From Eledone cirrhosa (Eukaryota): DNA of 64,000 bases. The stretch's first letter is position 1; the number at the start of each line of letters is the position of its first letter. The notes under the pieces are model-generated. The model was not told where the DNA came from, made no database searches, and saw nothing but the letters and a program-made list of their open reading frames with translations. Positions 1 through 14,755 of the stretch are shown here, one piece after another. Both the position numbers and the translations under genes were made by a program. Location: NCBI GenBank assembly GCA_964016885.1, contig OZ024743.1:104036001-104100000 (forward strand), written 5' to 3'.

Positions 1-902
1 ATATATACATACGAGCATATAGGGTAAATATTTCTTTCATTTTCTCAACAACTAAAACATTTTCAAAGTAGCTATGTGCAAACTTAAAAAGTTGTAAACA
101 AATACCATTAAGTATTTTGTTCAACACTCCTAATTCTGCCATCCACCATATTATATATGCATTGTGCGAGTGTGTGAATTTGATAGAAACTAAGGAAATC
201 TGTCAAATAACTATATAAATATGCATGTATGTATATGTATATTCATCTGTAACTCTTTAAAATTTTCAAACACACACAGTCAAATGCATTTCTCATATCA
301 ATCGTGTTGCTACAATAAGTTTACTTAGCAATCACACGGTCCTGGGTTCTAACTCTACATTTGTGCCTGTAAATAGTTATTTTCCCAAAGTTACTTAAAC
401 ATTTAATCTTGTATGTCATTTGTACATAAATGATGAACATGTGCCTTAGGCAAACCATTAATATATGGCGCAAATTTCCCAGTATGAATGCTCATGTATC
501 CAGCAATCCTGTTACATAAGGTATACTAATCCTGGACTCCAAAAATTAAATATGTTCAATGTTATTGCCATCATTATTGATGCCACTGGTTGACTAGTGT
601 ATATAAATATATATATAAAATAAGGGGAATTTTTCTCCTGAAATATAAAGGACTGATTAACCCTTGAGCATTTACATTACTCTATATATACTATTGTATT
701 TCCACGGGAAACACTTTATCTCACATAATATCCAATCTACGAGATGTTGATAGTATTTTGAGAACAATACCTTAACATGAGTATGAGCAGCCAGTTACAG
801 CCGATTTGAACAGAAATAGGTGAAAGAATTCTGGCCAGATATGGCCGGTTTACATATTTTCAAGGTAACATTCCAACTCTTCTTATTATTTTTAACATTT
901 AA

Positions 903-1090
903 GGCGGTGAATTGGCAGTATCGTTAGAGAGTCGGACGGCATGCTTTGCAGCATAGAGTTATGGCCCTTTATGATCTGAGTTCAAATCGCGCCGAGGTTA
1001 ACTTTGCCTTTCATCCATACAGCGTCGATAAAATAAAGTAACAGTAATGCACTGGGATAATTGCTGGACTTGTGCCAAAAAGTAGAAACA
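903..1090 (+). mobile_element. tRNA-headed Meta-type SINE (family A), full length
   Basis: A box tggcagtatcg, B box gagttcaaatc, central ctttgcctttcatcc...gtcgataaaataaagta. 18-bp TSD attatttttaacatttaa at 885-902 and 1091-1108. Confidence 0.9.
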
Positions 1091-1664
1091 ATTATTTTTA
1101 ACATTTAATGTCATACTTGCATTGGCATAGCCCTCTAAAACATTTTTTCAAAAATTCTACTAACACTGTAGGATTGTGGTAAGAAAACAATGGGATTAAA
1201 AAAAGCCCAACTGAAAATTCAAATAAGGAAACAAAACCAAATTCCTATAAATATTTCTTTTCTTTTTTTTTAATGTGACATGATGTAAATGAATGCCTTA
1301 AGATTTAGTAGAGAAGAGCAGGACTAAATATGGGAAGTAGTTTTTACTTTATATAGGATATAAAACCTTCACAGTAAGTGTCTCTCGCAAACAAATATCT
1401 TTACTGATAAGAAAAAGGAAATGTGTAATAATGTTACAAAGGTCTCTCTTGTCATAATCACCAAGTTTTATTAAGACATGTTCTTACAATTTCGTTTTTC
1501 CTCCTTAAGAGGTTAAACTGATAACTTCATAATAGAACAATACTGACTTTCATTGTAGAGAATAATATTGGCTGCATAGACACAAGAAACCAGTTTGGCT
1601 AGCTCAGGTATTTCAGTTGTTGTTGTCCAGCCAATGATCAACATGTTGTGCGTATCTGGTTCAG

Positions 1665-1795
1665 ATATCCTGCATTCCTGTATGTGGTAACAGGTACCCC
1701 TATATCTGCATATTGTAATGAGTACCCCATCTATCTTCATATTGTAATAGGTACCCTATATCTCAGTGTGTTGTAATAGGTAACTCATGTCTCTG
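1665..1795. repeat. Short degenerate ~28-bp tandem repeat
   Basis: About 5 units of atatct.cat(a)ttgtaataggtaccc. Confidence 0.7.
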
Positions 1796-2865
1796 TGTGT
1801 TGGAAGATAGTGACGCAAAAAGGACTCCATGGCGAGTATGAAGTTTGTCAAGGGGTCTGCAAGGCTAACCCTTGAATTAGCAAGGAATTTGTCTTTAAAT
1901 ATTTGTAGTAGCTCCTCAATAGGTCAAACCAATAATTTCACTATGGAGTATGGCAATGGCTACACGGATAAGAAATTGGTTTGGTTGGCTCAGGTGTTTC
2001 ACTTGTTGTTTAGCAAATAATCAGCCTTGAGCAAACAAGCTTATGATCAAAGACATTCCATCTGTGACCACTTCATCTATTTTTATGAGTATTTACGACT
2101 ACATTATCTAATGTGTCCTTTCATGAGTTAAAGCAGTAGGGTGTGATTTGAAGTAGATTTAGTTGCTATTTCTAACAGGTTCAGTGACAACATGCAGTTT
2201 CCCTTCATATTTGCTATAGGCTGTTGTTTTTACTAGTGTATGGACAGAGCATGTTATTTTAGTAGTGTCAGTTCTACTGTGTTTCTTAATAGCTAAGACA
2301 TCATATTCTATATTACCAATAATTGAATAAGGGATTCAAACAGTTCATGAAGCTCAAGTTCAAATCTATGATTGGTGACATGGTGCTTCTACTTATAGAC
2401 TTGGACCTGTAACTCCTGTTGGAGTCCTATGGATGCTGTAGGAACATACAGTATATCTTGAGCATTTAAAACCTGGCAGATCCCAATTTCTTCCACACAC
2501 AGAGATCAAGAGAGAGAATTCTATCTGACATTCTAATAACTCTGCCAATAGGATTTCTATATAACACATTCTATTCTACACTGTCCCAGTTCAACTGGCT
2601 ACCAAGAATCAAGTGCAAGATCCTCTAAGAATGTTATCTGAGATAGACATGCATCTTTCCCATAACTAATATCTCATACTTTGAACAGCCCTTTGTAGCC
2701 TACAAGGTTTATTATCTAACTGCTAATGTCCTATACCACATGAAACCACATTAGCAAAACACTATGATGGCATCACAATCAAAATTTACAGTCTTCACTA
2801 TCTAATGCTACAAATGTTTGCAACAATCTGTCCACCAGTAAAGATATACACATTTGAATCAACAA

Positions 2866-3064
2866 ACCACATGAAACCATGCTAGCAAGATATTCTTGAA
2901 AAGTGCAAAACAGCGCTATGACTGCATCACATTAAAAATTAAGTCTTTAGTTTACTGCAAATGTTTACAACAGTTTGTCCATTAGTAAAGATACTATACA
3001 CATTTCAATTAACAAACCCATTTCTAGATATTTTCTGCTAAATCATTACATGATGTTAAGAGTA
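2866..3064. repeat. Dispersed ~200-bp repeat, probable MITE with ctcttaaca/tgttaagag ends (copies about 2737-2865, 23284-23480, 29765-29955, split 59060-59440, split 62530-63250)
   Basis: Shared ccacatgaaaccacattagcaagac...cagcactatgactgcatcac...ctgcaaat...aacaaacccg..ctaaatcattaca. Confidence 0.65.
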
Positions 3065-3364
3065 AACATCTATCCAGAAATATATTACAAACCTGTCCAA
3101 TGATGCTATCGTGGAAAACTAGATGTTAAATGAGCCACAGAGAGTATCTGTCTGAACACGGTACTCCACAGTCATAAAAACAGAAAGGACACATTGGATA
3201 ATGTAGTTTTTGTATATAGTATGCCTGGAGATAGAAATTAAAATGACAGGATGGTCACAGTTGGAAAACCTTTGATCATAAATTCTACTATATTAGGGCT
3301 GACCTAAGTGGAACCCCTGCCTTGCCCCTAAATATTGATAATAAAATAACAATGATAAAGTATT

Positions 3365-3578
3365 CTAATTTTGGCACAAGGCCAGTAATTAGTGAAGAGA
3401 GGGCAGTCGATTATATCAACCTCAGTACTTTACAAGGGCTTTACTTTATCGACCTTTGAAAGATGAAAGGCAAAGTTGACCTCAGCAAAATTCAAAATCC
3501 TAATGTAAAGACTGGGGGTGAAAGATATCACAAAAGAATCTTGTCAGATGCTTTAATGATTCTGCCAATCCATCACCC
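3365..3578 (-). mobile_element. Older diverged family A-like SINE (similar copies about 4044-4255 -, 21885-22085 +, 29410-29622 -, 31680-32090 -, 52180-52312 +)
   Basis: Recognisable ggcacaaggcca / gatgaaaggcaaagttgacctc / tctgccaat blocks with many substitutions. Confidence 0.7.
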
Positions 3579-4617
3579 TAACAATGATGATGATTATGCT
3601 ATTTGATTCAAAAGTTATCTTACTCCATGTATATTATTTACACAGTGGACTATAAAACTATACTTCTAATATTCTCTACTGAATTAGCATCTTAAATATC
3701 ACCAGTTGTGTCATCTTATCAATACTGAAAGGTTTCTCTTTACCGCTGAACACAGTTATATACCATTTTGTTTGTTTGCTTGTTTTATGGCATTGTGTGC
3801 AGCATCTTATAGTGCTACTGTTTGTGCATATTTATAAATAATATGTGTAAGAACAGTAAACTTGCTTTTTTTATTTTATCACTGCACATCTATTATAGGG
3901 AAGAATATTTTCAATCACCACCACATAATGAACATCTAAACTTGGAGAATAATTTCTTTAGTTCGTTTATAGATAAGTTGTCATCAGTAACACAGGCATA
4001 AATCAGAAGACATATTTCTTATCGATGTATGAGAATATAATATTGGTTTCTAATTTAGGCACAAGGTCAACAAATTTGGGGAAAAGCAGAGTTGATTAGA
4101 TCTACCTCAGTATGTGAGTGGTACTTTATTTAATCAACACTGGAAGGATACGAGGCAAAGTTGACCTCAGTGAGATTTGAACTCAGAATATATAGAGCCA
4201 GAATAAATACTGCAATGGCATTTTATCCAATGCTCTACCAATTTTGTCAATCTACAATAATCATCATTTCTAAAAAAAAGATGGACTTAAATTAAAGGGC
4301 TATAATAGTCAATTAAAATCAACTAACTTTTTACTGGTACCAATTTTAATCCATCACAAAATCAACAAGCAAATTCTATTATTACTATTGCTTAAACAAG
4401 AGAAAGGTTATTGCTCATAACCTTATTGAGACGCCCTGAGACTAATGTGTGTGTATGTGTGTGTGGGGGGGGGGGGGTCTTCAGACTGGAGACATGCACT
4501 GAATGATTGCAGCATGTATATATTCATGTGTAATTTTTACATTATATATCATACTTATATGTGATCAATATTATTTTGTAAGTAATGTTTATGCCTATTT
4601 AAGCAATTATATTGTAG

Positions 4618-4989
4618 TGTGAATTGGCAGTATCGGTAGAGGGTCGGACGCCATGCTTTCTAGCATAGTTACGTCCCTTTACAGTCTGAGTTCAAATCCC
4701 GCCGAGGTTAACTTTGCCTTTCATCCTTACGGGGTCGATAAAATAAAGTACCAGTAATGAACTGGGTAATTGCTGGCCTTGTGCCTAAAGTAGAAAACAA
4801 TTATATTGTAGTGGATTGGCAGTATCGGTAGAGGGTTGGACGCCATGCTTTGCAGCACAGTTACATCCCTTTACGGACCGAGTTCAAATCCCGCCGAGGT
4901 TAACTTTGTCTTTCATCCTCACGGGGTCGATAAAATAAAGTACCAGTAATACACTGGGATAATTGCTGGCCTTGTGCCAAAAGTAGAAA
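4618..4989 (+). mobile_element. Two head-to-tail family A SINEs
   Basis: Copies at 4618-4797 and 4812-4989, with caattatattgtag at 4604, 4798 and 4990. Confidence 0.9.
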
Positions 4990-7900
4990 CAATTATATTG
5001 TAGCTAAGATTTGTGCCTATGATGTACTTGGAACAGGGGTGGTAAATTGGCAGAGTCATTAGAACATCAGATAGCAAGCTTTGTGGTATTCATTCTAGCC
5101 CTCTGCACACTCAGAATTCAAATCCCACCGAGGTCAACTTTGGCTTTCATCCTTTGAAGGACAATTGAAAAGGTACTGAGGGTCGATTTTTTTTCTTTAT
5201 ATCCCTTTCTCGCTTTTTCTCTCTTTTTCTGAAAGAAATTGACTGTTCTGACCTGGAGAATGGATAGGCTCCAACAGGTTCAAAGTACCCAAGATATGCT
5301 GTATGACATGACTGTGCTCCTACAACTCCTCCAGGAGTTATATACTGGTTCATACACATGTACTTGAGGCAGATAATGGTTATTACTGCCACAATTTCTA
5401 TACAGAAACCAAGTTAAAACCTGAAATACCAGCATGCAACAACAACTTAACAGATCTAATAACTAAATATCATAACTGCCAAATAAATTCTTCTCATGGT
5501 GGCAATGAATAATGAAGGTCTGAATCAAACAACTAAATGATAAATGAAAATCTGAGTGTTCACTGATGGTGTATGGTGTAAAATAATATAAGGTAATTGG
5601 AATCAACATATTGGCATTTCAAACAAACATTTACCAGAAAATGCTGCTTAAAACAAACAGAATGACAGAATGTGATAAAACTAACAGTGGTGGTGGTTGA
5701 ATGGTGTGAAACATGACTAGCTCAGGGTGGTTATTTATTTATCACTGAATTATATATATAATTAAATAGATAGGCAGGTAGGTAGATAGATAGATATATG
5801 ATTGCATGGTAACGGAGGATTGGATGGGGTTGTGTTATGTTGGATGGGGATAAACTAACAAAAAAAAAAACGATAGAGAGGTTTATAGAATGAAAACAAA
5901 AACTGAGGTTTGTTCAGATTTATTCACAATCTATAGAATAAATAAATAAATAAATAATTTGTTCATTAATCAGTCATCACACACCATGAAAACTGGAACT
6001 GTATAGAATCATCTTGCTGAGATAGATAGCTTGCTTGCAGGAGAGAGAGAAAGAACTTACAGAGACAGAGAGACAGGACCATAAGCAGACAAAAGCAGGC
6101 ACCATCTATCTAATAGTTAAGTTACCTTTGGATAAAAAGAGCTTGAACTGAACACCCCATTTATACAAGCACACACAATGACAGGCTCCCATGCAGGCCC
6201 AATCTACTAAATCACACCCATTGTATATTGGTCCCTTTCTCCTCCTTATAATTGCTCCATTTTAGAGTATCTGAATATTCAGTACTTGTCTGTCTGTCTC
6301 CTGAGTTAATTGATGTTGTTTAGTCCTAGGCTGACTGAGAAAATTTATGATCAATGGTATTCCATTCCAATTGCTAACATTCCATATTTTTTTCTCTTTA
6401 TGTAGTATCCAGTTGAGTCTTTCCTTACCACCCCCACCTCATATAGAGCATCTGATCATAGGTAGATATGGCTGCTATTTGTAGCACCACAAACACACAT
6501 TACACTATGCAGAAGGTGTAGATATTCTTAAGTGATTGCTTGGTGACATTCGAAGTTATGTGAACAAAAACACTGCAGGGAAAATCATACAACAGGCAAG
6601 GATCGGTTGAAATTAGCAAGATACAAACACCATCATTTTTATGTCCACTTTGCCATGCTTGCATAGATTGGATGGGATGTTTTTAGACAATGTTTTACAG
6701 CCAGATGCCCTTCCTGATGCCAACCCTTTTGGTTACCTCTTACGGCATACATGGATACAGTGTACCTATTCTCAAAACCAGGATATAAACATGGCGAAAT
6801 AAATGTAAGGATTTTTAACACAGAATTAAAGAAATGGAGGGTTAGTGAAGCCTGGAGTTTCATTTTGCTTCCCTCATTTACATGCATGGTCGACAATCTC
6901 TCTCTTTCACACCCACCCACATACTCATTTACATGCATGATGAAGACAATCTTTTTCTTTCTCTCGCACACACATGCCCATCTCTTTCTCTTGCACATGT
7001 TCTCTCCCTCTCACACACACAGTTTATCTGAATTTTGGTGAGTTAATTCCTTTCACTTTCAATCAATGTAAATATCCAGTGAAGTGCAGTGGAAACTAAC
7101 TATAACTGTTCATCCATGATATGAATGAATGAATACTCAGTGGTAACAAGTTAAAATGATAAAATGATAAATAGCAATTTATAAAAGCTTATGACAGGCT
7201 TAACGGGCTGGAGTTTGGTGGACTAAAGACGACATATTTTGTGGATCTTCCTTCTTTGAGCTCGATGATACATACACACAAAGTAGAGAGAAAAAAACAG
7301 TTGGCAAAACGGAATAAATGATTTTACTGAAAGAGGACAAGGCCTATGATTCAAGCAGGATATTTCAGAGTGAGGGGTGAAGGGACTTGTATGAGGTGGA
7401 AGAGAAACTCAAGAAAATATATGGAACTGCTAAAGCCTTATGTTGTATGGTTATGAGTTACTGTGAAAGGGAAAATTTAAAGCTGACATATACAAGTTTC
7501 TGTCATCTTCATATAACATCCATTTTCCTTACTAGCAAAAGATTAGATTGTGGAAGGACAAATTTAAAATTAGCATGTTTTTTGCAACCAGGAGTGTAAT
7601 TGGTCACTGAGTAATGTGCAAAAATGGTTTAGAACTTTGCTTTGCAATCAGTAGGTCCCAAGTTCAATCCCACTGCTTTGTAATTAAAATTGGATAGGTG
7701 AAAACTTAATTAGGAAGTCTATCTGATGGACTATACCAGCATTTCAAACAGTCAGCAATTGTCACAGTGTTGTCATGCTGAATCTCCCTGAGAATTGCAT
7801 TAAGGGTACATGGGTCTGTAGAATGTGCAACCATTTACACATAAATTTCATGAACATGCAGTTCCATTGATTAAACAACTGAAACACTCATCAGAACTGA

Positions 7901-8652
7901 CAGAAGTCCATCACTATATACATCCAACTTCAGTTTATTTGAAGACAGACAACGGTAAAAAAGAGCATATTTTACTCCTTAAACCTTTGTTTATTTTGAG
8001 GAGGAAGAGGTGTTTGTGCTAATACATTATTATCATATAAGAGGTCTCGTGTCTATGTTATTAACTACCATATTTCTAATGAAATATACTGCCTATGATT
8101 TTCAAATCATTTTTAAAATAATCAAGAATTTGGTGGGATTTAGTAAAATAACTTTCCCATTATTCAGCTGGTGTTTGGAAGATAACTTGACAAATGATGA
8201 TTTAAGATTTTTAGATAAATATATACATACACTTTAAATCAGTTTTGTATTGAATCAGGATCAGTTTTAGAAAGTTTAGAATGTGAGCATGAGTGTGTGC
8301 ATGTGAATGCGTGAGTTTGCATGCAGAGATGTTTCTGTGTGAGTGTATACATGTATATGTGTATGTATGTGGTATGTGTGTGTGTGTGTGTACATTAATT
8401 TGTATCATATGAATCTCTTTGAACAGTCACACAAATTATGCAGTAATTTCTTTATTAATTTAGATGGTGACAGGAAATAGACATTAATAAAATGAATTAT
8501 TGAAGTCTGTAAACTGACATTTCTGACTAAAGCAACACAATAAAAACATCCTTTATTTAGAGGTAGAACCTGTGAGAAATGCCTGAAATACAAATAAAAT
8601 AAACTCGGCCATTGAAAGATTCTTTTTTCTTTGTGTGTCACTTTTCCAACTA

Positions 8653-10020
<1,368 letters not shown>

Positions 10021-10411
10021 CATCATCATCATCAACGTTTAACGTCCGTGTTCCACGCTTGCATGGGTTTGGACGGGGGTAGTCCCACTTGAGGCAAGAG
10101 TGATTGTCTTGCTCGCATAGGACTGTCTGGCAGGTTTTCTACAGTTGGATGCCCTTCCTAACACCAACCACATTTACAGTGTGGGTCTGGGAGGTTTTTA
10201 CCGTGTTGCCTACACGGCCACATTACAGCGTGGACTGTGTGTTTTTTTGTCGTGACACCTACACGATCTCATTTGTTTCGGCCTCGATGGCGCGGCACCA
10301 ACATAACTTTACATAGAACGGGGTGGTGTGGATGGGATGGGGGTGGTGGTGGTGGGACGGGGTGTATTTTGTTAGAGATGCCTACTGGCTGGAGTAGGTT
10401 TTACTATATAT

Positions 10412-10688
10412 TTAGGTAAGGCGGGTCTTCTCTGTTACTGAGTACCGCCAAAGGTCTCGGTCCAGTGACATTGTCTTGGAGAGGTGAAAGTGTGTGATGT
10501 CGGAGTTTATCAGCTCGTCCCAGGTTTTTCTAGGTCTGCCTATTCCGTGACTACCGTCTATCTTTATTGCCCTGCACTTTGTTATACAGCTATCGACTTT
10601 CATGCGCATCACGTGTCCATACCAACGTAGCCTTCTCTCGAGTAAACAACATCTGATCCCTCTTATCTCTAATTTTTTCCTTAGTTCG
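10412..10688 (-). mobile_element. 5'-truncated RTE LINE 3' fragment embedded in TA microsatellite
   Basis: Uninterrupted peptide [29 protein letters not shown]...[14 protein letters not shown]...DRDLWR, the typical RTE C-terminus. Confidence 0.9.
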
Positions 10689-10711
10689 TATATATATATA
10701 TATATATACAC

Positions 10712-10742
<31 letters not shown>

Positions 10743-10869
10743 TATACACATATATATATATATACACACATATACACATATATATATATATAAACATATA
10801 CACATATATATATATATACACATATACACACATATACACACATACACATATATATATATATAAACATAT

Positions 10870-10923
<54 letters not shown>

Positions 10924-11679
10924 GTATATATATATATATATATATACATATACACATATATATATATATATATATATGTGTATATATATATATATATATA
11001 AAATGAGGTTAACATGGTACACAGATAACCAGCGCAGCTGTTACTCTAAAACTTATTGTTGTTCATTTTGTATGTTTCTATGGTTACAATAGACATGATT
11101 CAACCAAATCAAACAGCATGCACATACATGCACAGTTAGTTGTTTTTCCTCCTCCTCCCCCCACACATACATGCCCTGTTGTTTCTCGTCCTACTCCTCT
11201 TCAACAGAAATATCCATGTCAGTTATTGATCAGCTTTATTAAATTGACCACAGTGAAGAAGGATATAAAAATGTTTTTTTTTCATGGTGTCATTTAGAAT
11301 TACTTTTTTGTCTTTTCAATTATGAGAGAAAAATAATTTTCTTTTAGTTAACCAGGTTAGATTTTTAGTTAATACTTTTGATACCAAACTGCCTTAAACC
11401 AAAATAATCAAGCATATGGAAGAATTTAGTAATATAACTCTCCTTATTAAAACAGTGTGAATAGGATAACTTAAAAGTTCTTAAATAAAATTATGACAGA
11501 TGGTGATTAGTATGGCACTCCAATCAACAGGGCTAACAACAAGCATTTTACTGTTTTGATTTTAGAAATTAATGAGTAAATGGGACACACAAACAATCAT
11601 AATCATCATCATCGTTGAACATCCGCCTTCCCCGATAGCAAGGCTTAGACATATATATATGTATATGTATGTATGTAAT

Positions 11680-11977
11680 AGTCCCATAATTTCTGTTGGA
11701 GTTGTAGGGGTACTTCTTGGACATTTTAAGCCTGGCAGATCCCATCACTCTGCAAGCCTGAACACAGTAGATGTCTTCCAGAGAAGGATTGAGAGTGACA
11801 AAGAGATGTAGAAGAATCGACCCCAGCACTTGGATAGTACTTTTTTTTTATCAACCTCAAAAGGCTGAAAAGCAATGTTGACCTCGGCGGGATTTAAACT
11901 CAGAGAGAAGAGAGCCGGAACGAATACCACAAAGCACTCTATCTGACATTCTAATGATTCTGCCAATACGCCACCTC
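11680..11977 (-). mobile_element. Meta-type SINE with an alternative tail (copies about 5037-5370 +, 55480-55790 +; tail pieces about 2400-2520, 15215-15370)
   Basis: Family A-like head and core followed by ...gtgatgggatctgccaggcttaaaatgtccaag...ccctacaactcc... Confidence 0.65.
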
Positions 11978-12533
11978 TTGTGTATATCATCATTATTGTG
12001 GCCATCCTTTTTTCCCTGCTAGCAATGGATGGATATGGACACACACACACATATTATCATCGCCCTTTTTTTCCATGCTAGCAGGGGTTGATATAATGAA
12101 TCATACTTTTTGGTGGGTGTATCAGCATCCTATCAGTAACCACTTTACAGTGCTGACTGGGTGTACTTAACTGTGCCACCAGTTTCAATTTTATTCTCTG
12201 AAATGGCTTGCTATGACTTATGGGCCAACATGTATCCCATGAAATCTTATTCATTTGGAGCAGCTGCTCTCCTAGATGGACTGCCTTCTCCATGGCTTAT
12301 GTTTATATACAGCCTCTCTTTCTCTCTCTCTGTATATGTATATATATATATATGTCCGTCCCTTCAATCTTTCTAATTTCTCTTTTTTTCTGATGAAGGA
12401 CTAACATCCAAAACATTAAGACCCTCTTCCTGCTATTTCAAGCGTTAAACTAATATATTCCTTCCATATATACTGTACCGATTGTGTTGTTATTTCTGTT
12501 TACCTGATATATATATATATATATATATACATA

Positions 12534-13401
12534 CAGGGTGCGGATGATATTGGTTCGCAATTTTCAACTGCTAATTTTATGCAAATTTTTTTTACTTCCG
12601 TTGTCACTCTTGTCTTCATAAAAACTGACTATATTTCCATTATTTATTTTCAGAATAATTGATTATGAATAATTTTGAACCTCCAAATTTGTGGAAGAGA
12701 CACGGAGTTCTTTTTGGAATCCGCGCTGGGAGGACAAATAAGACCAGAAGATCAACTCCCAGAACAACAGGTGGCTCGCTGTCTCATCCAAAGATGTGCC
12801 CAAAGTCATGCAGACAAAGTTTCCAGCGACAACATTGGTCTTAGGTGTCGTCAGCAGTCAAGGTGACGTCATGCCACCTCACTTCTTCCCTGAGGGCCTC
12901 AAGCTGAACACCGATGGCTACATCCGCATTCTGAGCGAGGTAGTAAAGCCCTGGATCGACCAGGTAGCTGCAGGTAGGCCGTACGTGTGGCAGCAAGACT
13001 CAGCGCCCTGCCATACCAGCTGAAAGACCCAAGCCTGGCTGTCAGAGAACTTCGCCGACCACACTTCACCTGACATCTGGCCTCCCAGCTCGCCTGACTG
13101 CAACCCCCTCGACTTCTTTGTGTGGGGCGCAGTGGAACGAGACACCAACAGATCTAGCTGCAAATATGAAAGACGATCTGAAGGCCAGGATCACAAGTGT
13201 CTTTAGGGGCCTAAGTTGGGGGAGAGTGACGAAGGCCTGTAGCCGGTTCCGAGGCTGCCTTGAGGCCGTCATGAAAGCCAATGGCGGGTTTATCGAGTGA
13301 GATCGAAAGAACAAGTCATGAAGACAAATCTTAAAAAATAAAACTACTGTGTTATTTTTTCCTAGACAGTAATCTTGCGAACAAATATCGTCCGCACCCT
13401 G
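12534..13401 (+). mobile_element. Tc1/mariner-superfamily DD37D (maT) transposon, internally deleted, non-functional
   Basis: 27-bp TIRs cagggtgcgga(t/c)gatatt(g/t)gttcgcaa (2 mismatches) flanked by TA at 12532-33 and 13402-03. Transposase C-terminus reads WQQDSAPCHTS*KTQAWL...WPPSSPDCNPLDFFVWG, with 37 residues between the last two catalytic Asp. Stop at 13021, frameshift near 13163, most of the DNA-binding region deleted near 12740. Confidence 0.93.
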
Positions 13402-13501
13402 TATATATATACGTCCCACCCTTGCAAGCAGGGAAAAGCGGACGTAAAATGATGATGATATATATAAAAAAAAGTATGTTTAGAAAGCGGTGAGCACAGT
13501 T

Positions 13502-13717
13502 TGAAAACTGAAATAGACTTGGCCATAACTTTTTGACTAAATAAAATAGTCTAATAATAACAGGGTTTATAAACCCACCGAACGGAAAAAGATAGGCATC
13601 AGCACACATGTGCTGATGCCTATCTTTTTCTGTTCAGTGGGTTTATACGCCCCCGCTATTATTAGACTATTTTATTTAGTCAATATGTTACAGTGAAGTC
13701 TTCTACTTCAATTTTCA
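13502..13717. repeat. Palindrome centred at about 13608 (2-nt loop)
   Basis: ...gaaaaagataggcatcagcaca-ca-tgtgctgatgcctatctttttc...; the outer gactaaataaaatagtctaataat matches attattagactattttatttagtc. Confidence 0.85.
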
Positions 13718-13731
13718 CATATATATTTATA

Positions 13732-13840
13732 TATAATTAAAAGTTAGTGCCTAATGGTTGAGCTCAAGCCATTCCAACAGCGAGTGGATAACTGTTAAAA
13801 CGGTGTCAGTTCAGCCGATGGGCACTAACTTTTAACTATA
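13732..13840. repeat. Small hairpin/MITE (~110 bp)
   Basis: tataattaaaagttagtgcc ... ggcactaacttttaactata, with further imperfect inner pairing. Confidence 0.7.
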
Positions 13841-14309
13841 CATACACTCTACTTTCCCAAGTATTGAGTACATAGCTGAATATGGACTTACTAGTTTAAC
13901 TCCCTACCCATGCTAGCATTAATGGTGATGATGATGATGATATATACACACACAGGGGTAATTAGAGAGAGAGAAGGGAGAGAAAGAGAATGAGAGGAGA
14001 GAAGAGCAAGAGAGAGAGAGAGAGATAGATAACAGCATACGAAAATGGATGAAGTTATATATACTAAATGAGATTGTGAGAATATTTGTTTTCCTGGAAA
14101 AGGAATGAAAGTAATGTTAATTTTCCTGCTAGCTAACATAACTGTTAATCTGAACAGACAGTAACACAGTGTTCAGAGATCAAGAGAAATTGCCAACACT
14201 ATATACTGTCATTGTCTATTCATTAAGTTTCACCAGTGTAGGGAATCAGATGGGGACAGCATAGGTTTTGAGAGGAGCTTTCACTTTGGACTAGCATTTG
14301 ACAACCTCT

Positions 14310-14755
14310 CTAGTGTTGGTACCATGATAAATAGCACCCAGTCCACTCCGTAAAATGGTAGTAGTGGTGCCACAATAAAATACACTCAATTCACACTTTA
14401 TAAAGTGGTAAAAGTGGTGCCATGGTAAAACACAGTCTACTCTGTGAAGTGGTAGAGGGGATGTCACAATAAAATATAGTCAACCCTGAAAAGTGGTAGA
14501 GGTGGTGCCACAATAAAAATTCCCCCGTCTACTCTAAAATGGTAGAGGTGATGCCACGATAAATGAACTGTCAACTATGTCAAGTGGTAGTGGTGGTGCC
14601 ATGATAAAAAAGCACCCAATCTACTTTGTAAAGTAGTTATCATTAGGAAGGGCATCAAGCTGCAGAAACCACACCAAATATAGAATCTATGTATGAGCAA
14701 GATCATGAGAACCTGTCCAACCCATACTAGCTTGGAAAGCAGGACAGAAATTAAT
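14310..14755 (+). mobile_element. RTE-tailed short element with an internal ~45-bp tandem array (other copies about 10021-10300 -, 23945-24340 -, 38101-38350 -, 43700-44085 -, 53655-53915 -, 54480-54945 +, 58260-58550 +)
   Basis: About 7 diverged units of gtggtag.ggtgccac.ataaaa..cacccagt..actctgtaaa, then cattaggaagggcatc and a cccatactagcttggaaa tail. Confidence 0.75.

Noticed and set aside
8405-8582. Minus-strand exon after a strong acceptor (tttgtatttcag)
   Set aside because: No FERM or other recognisable peptide in any frame and no clear donor; cannot be supported without RNA data.
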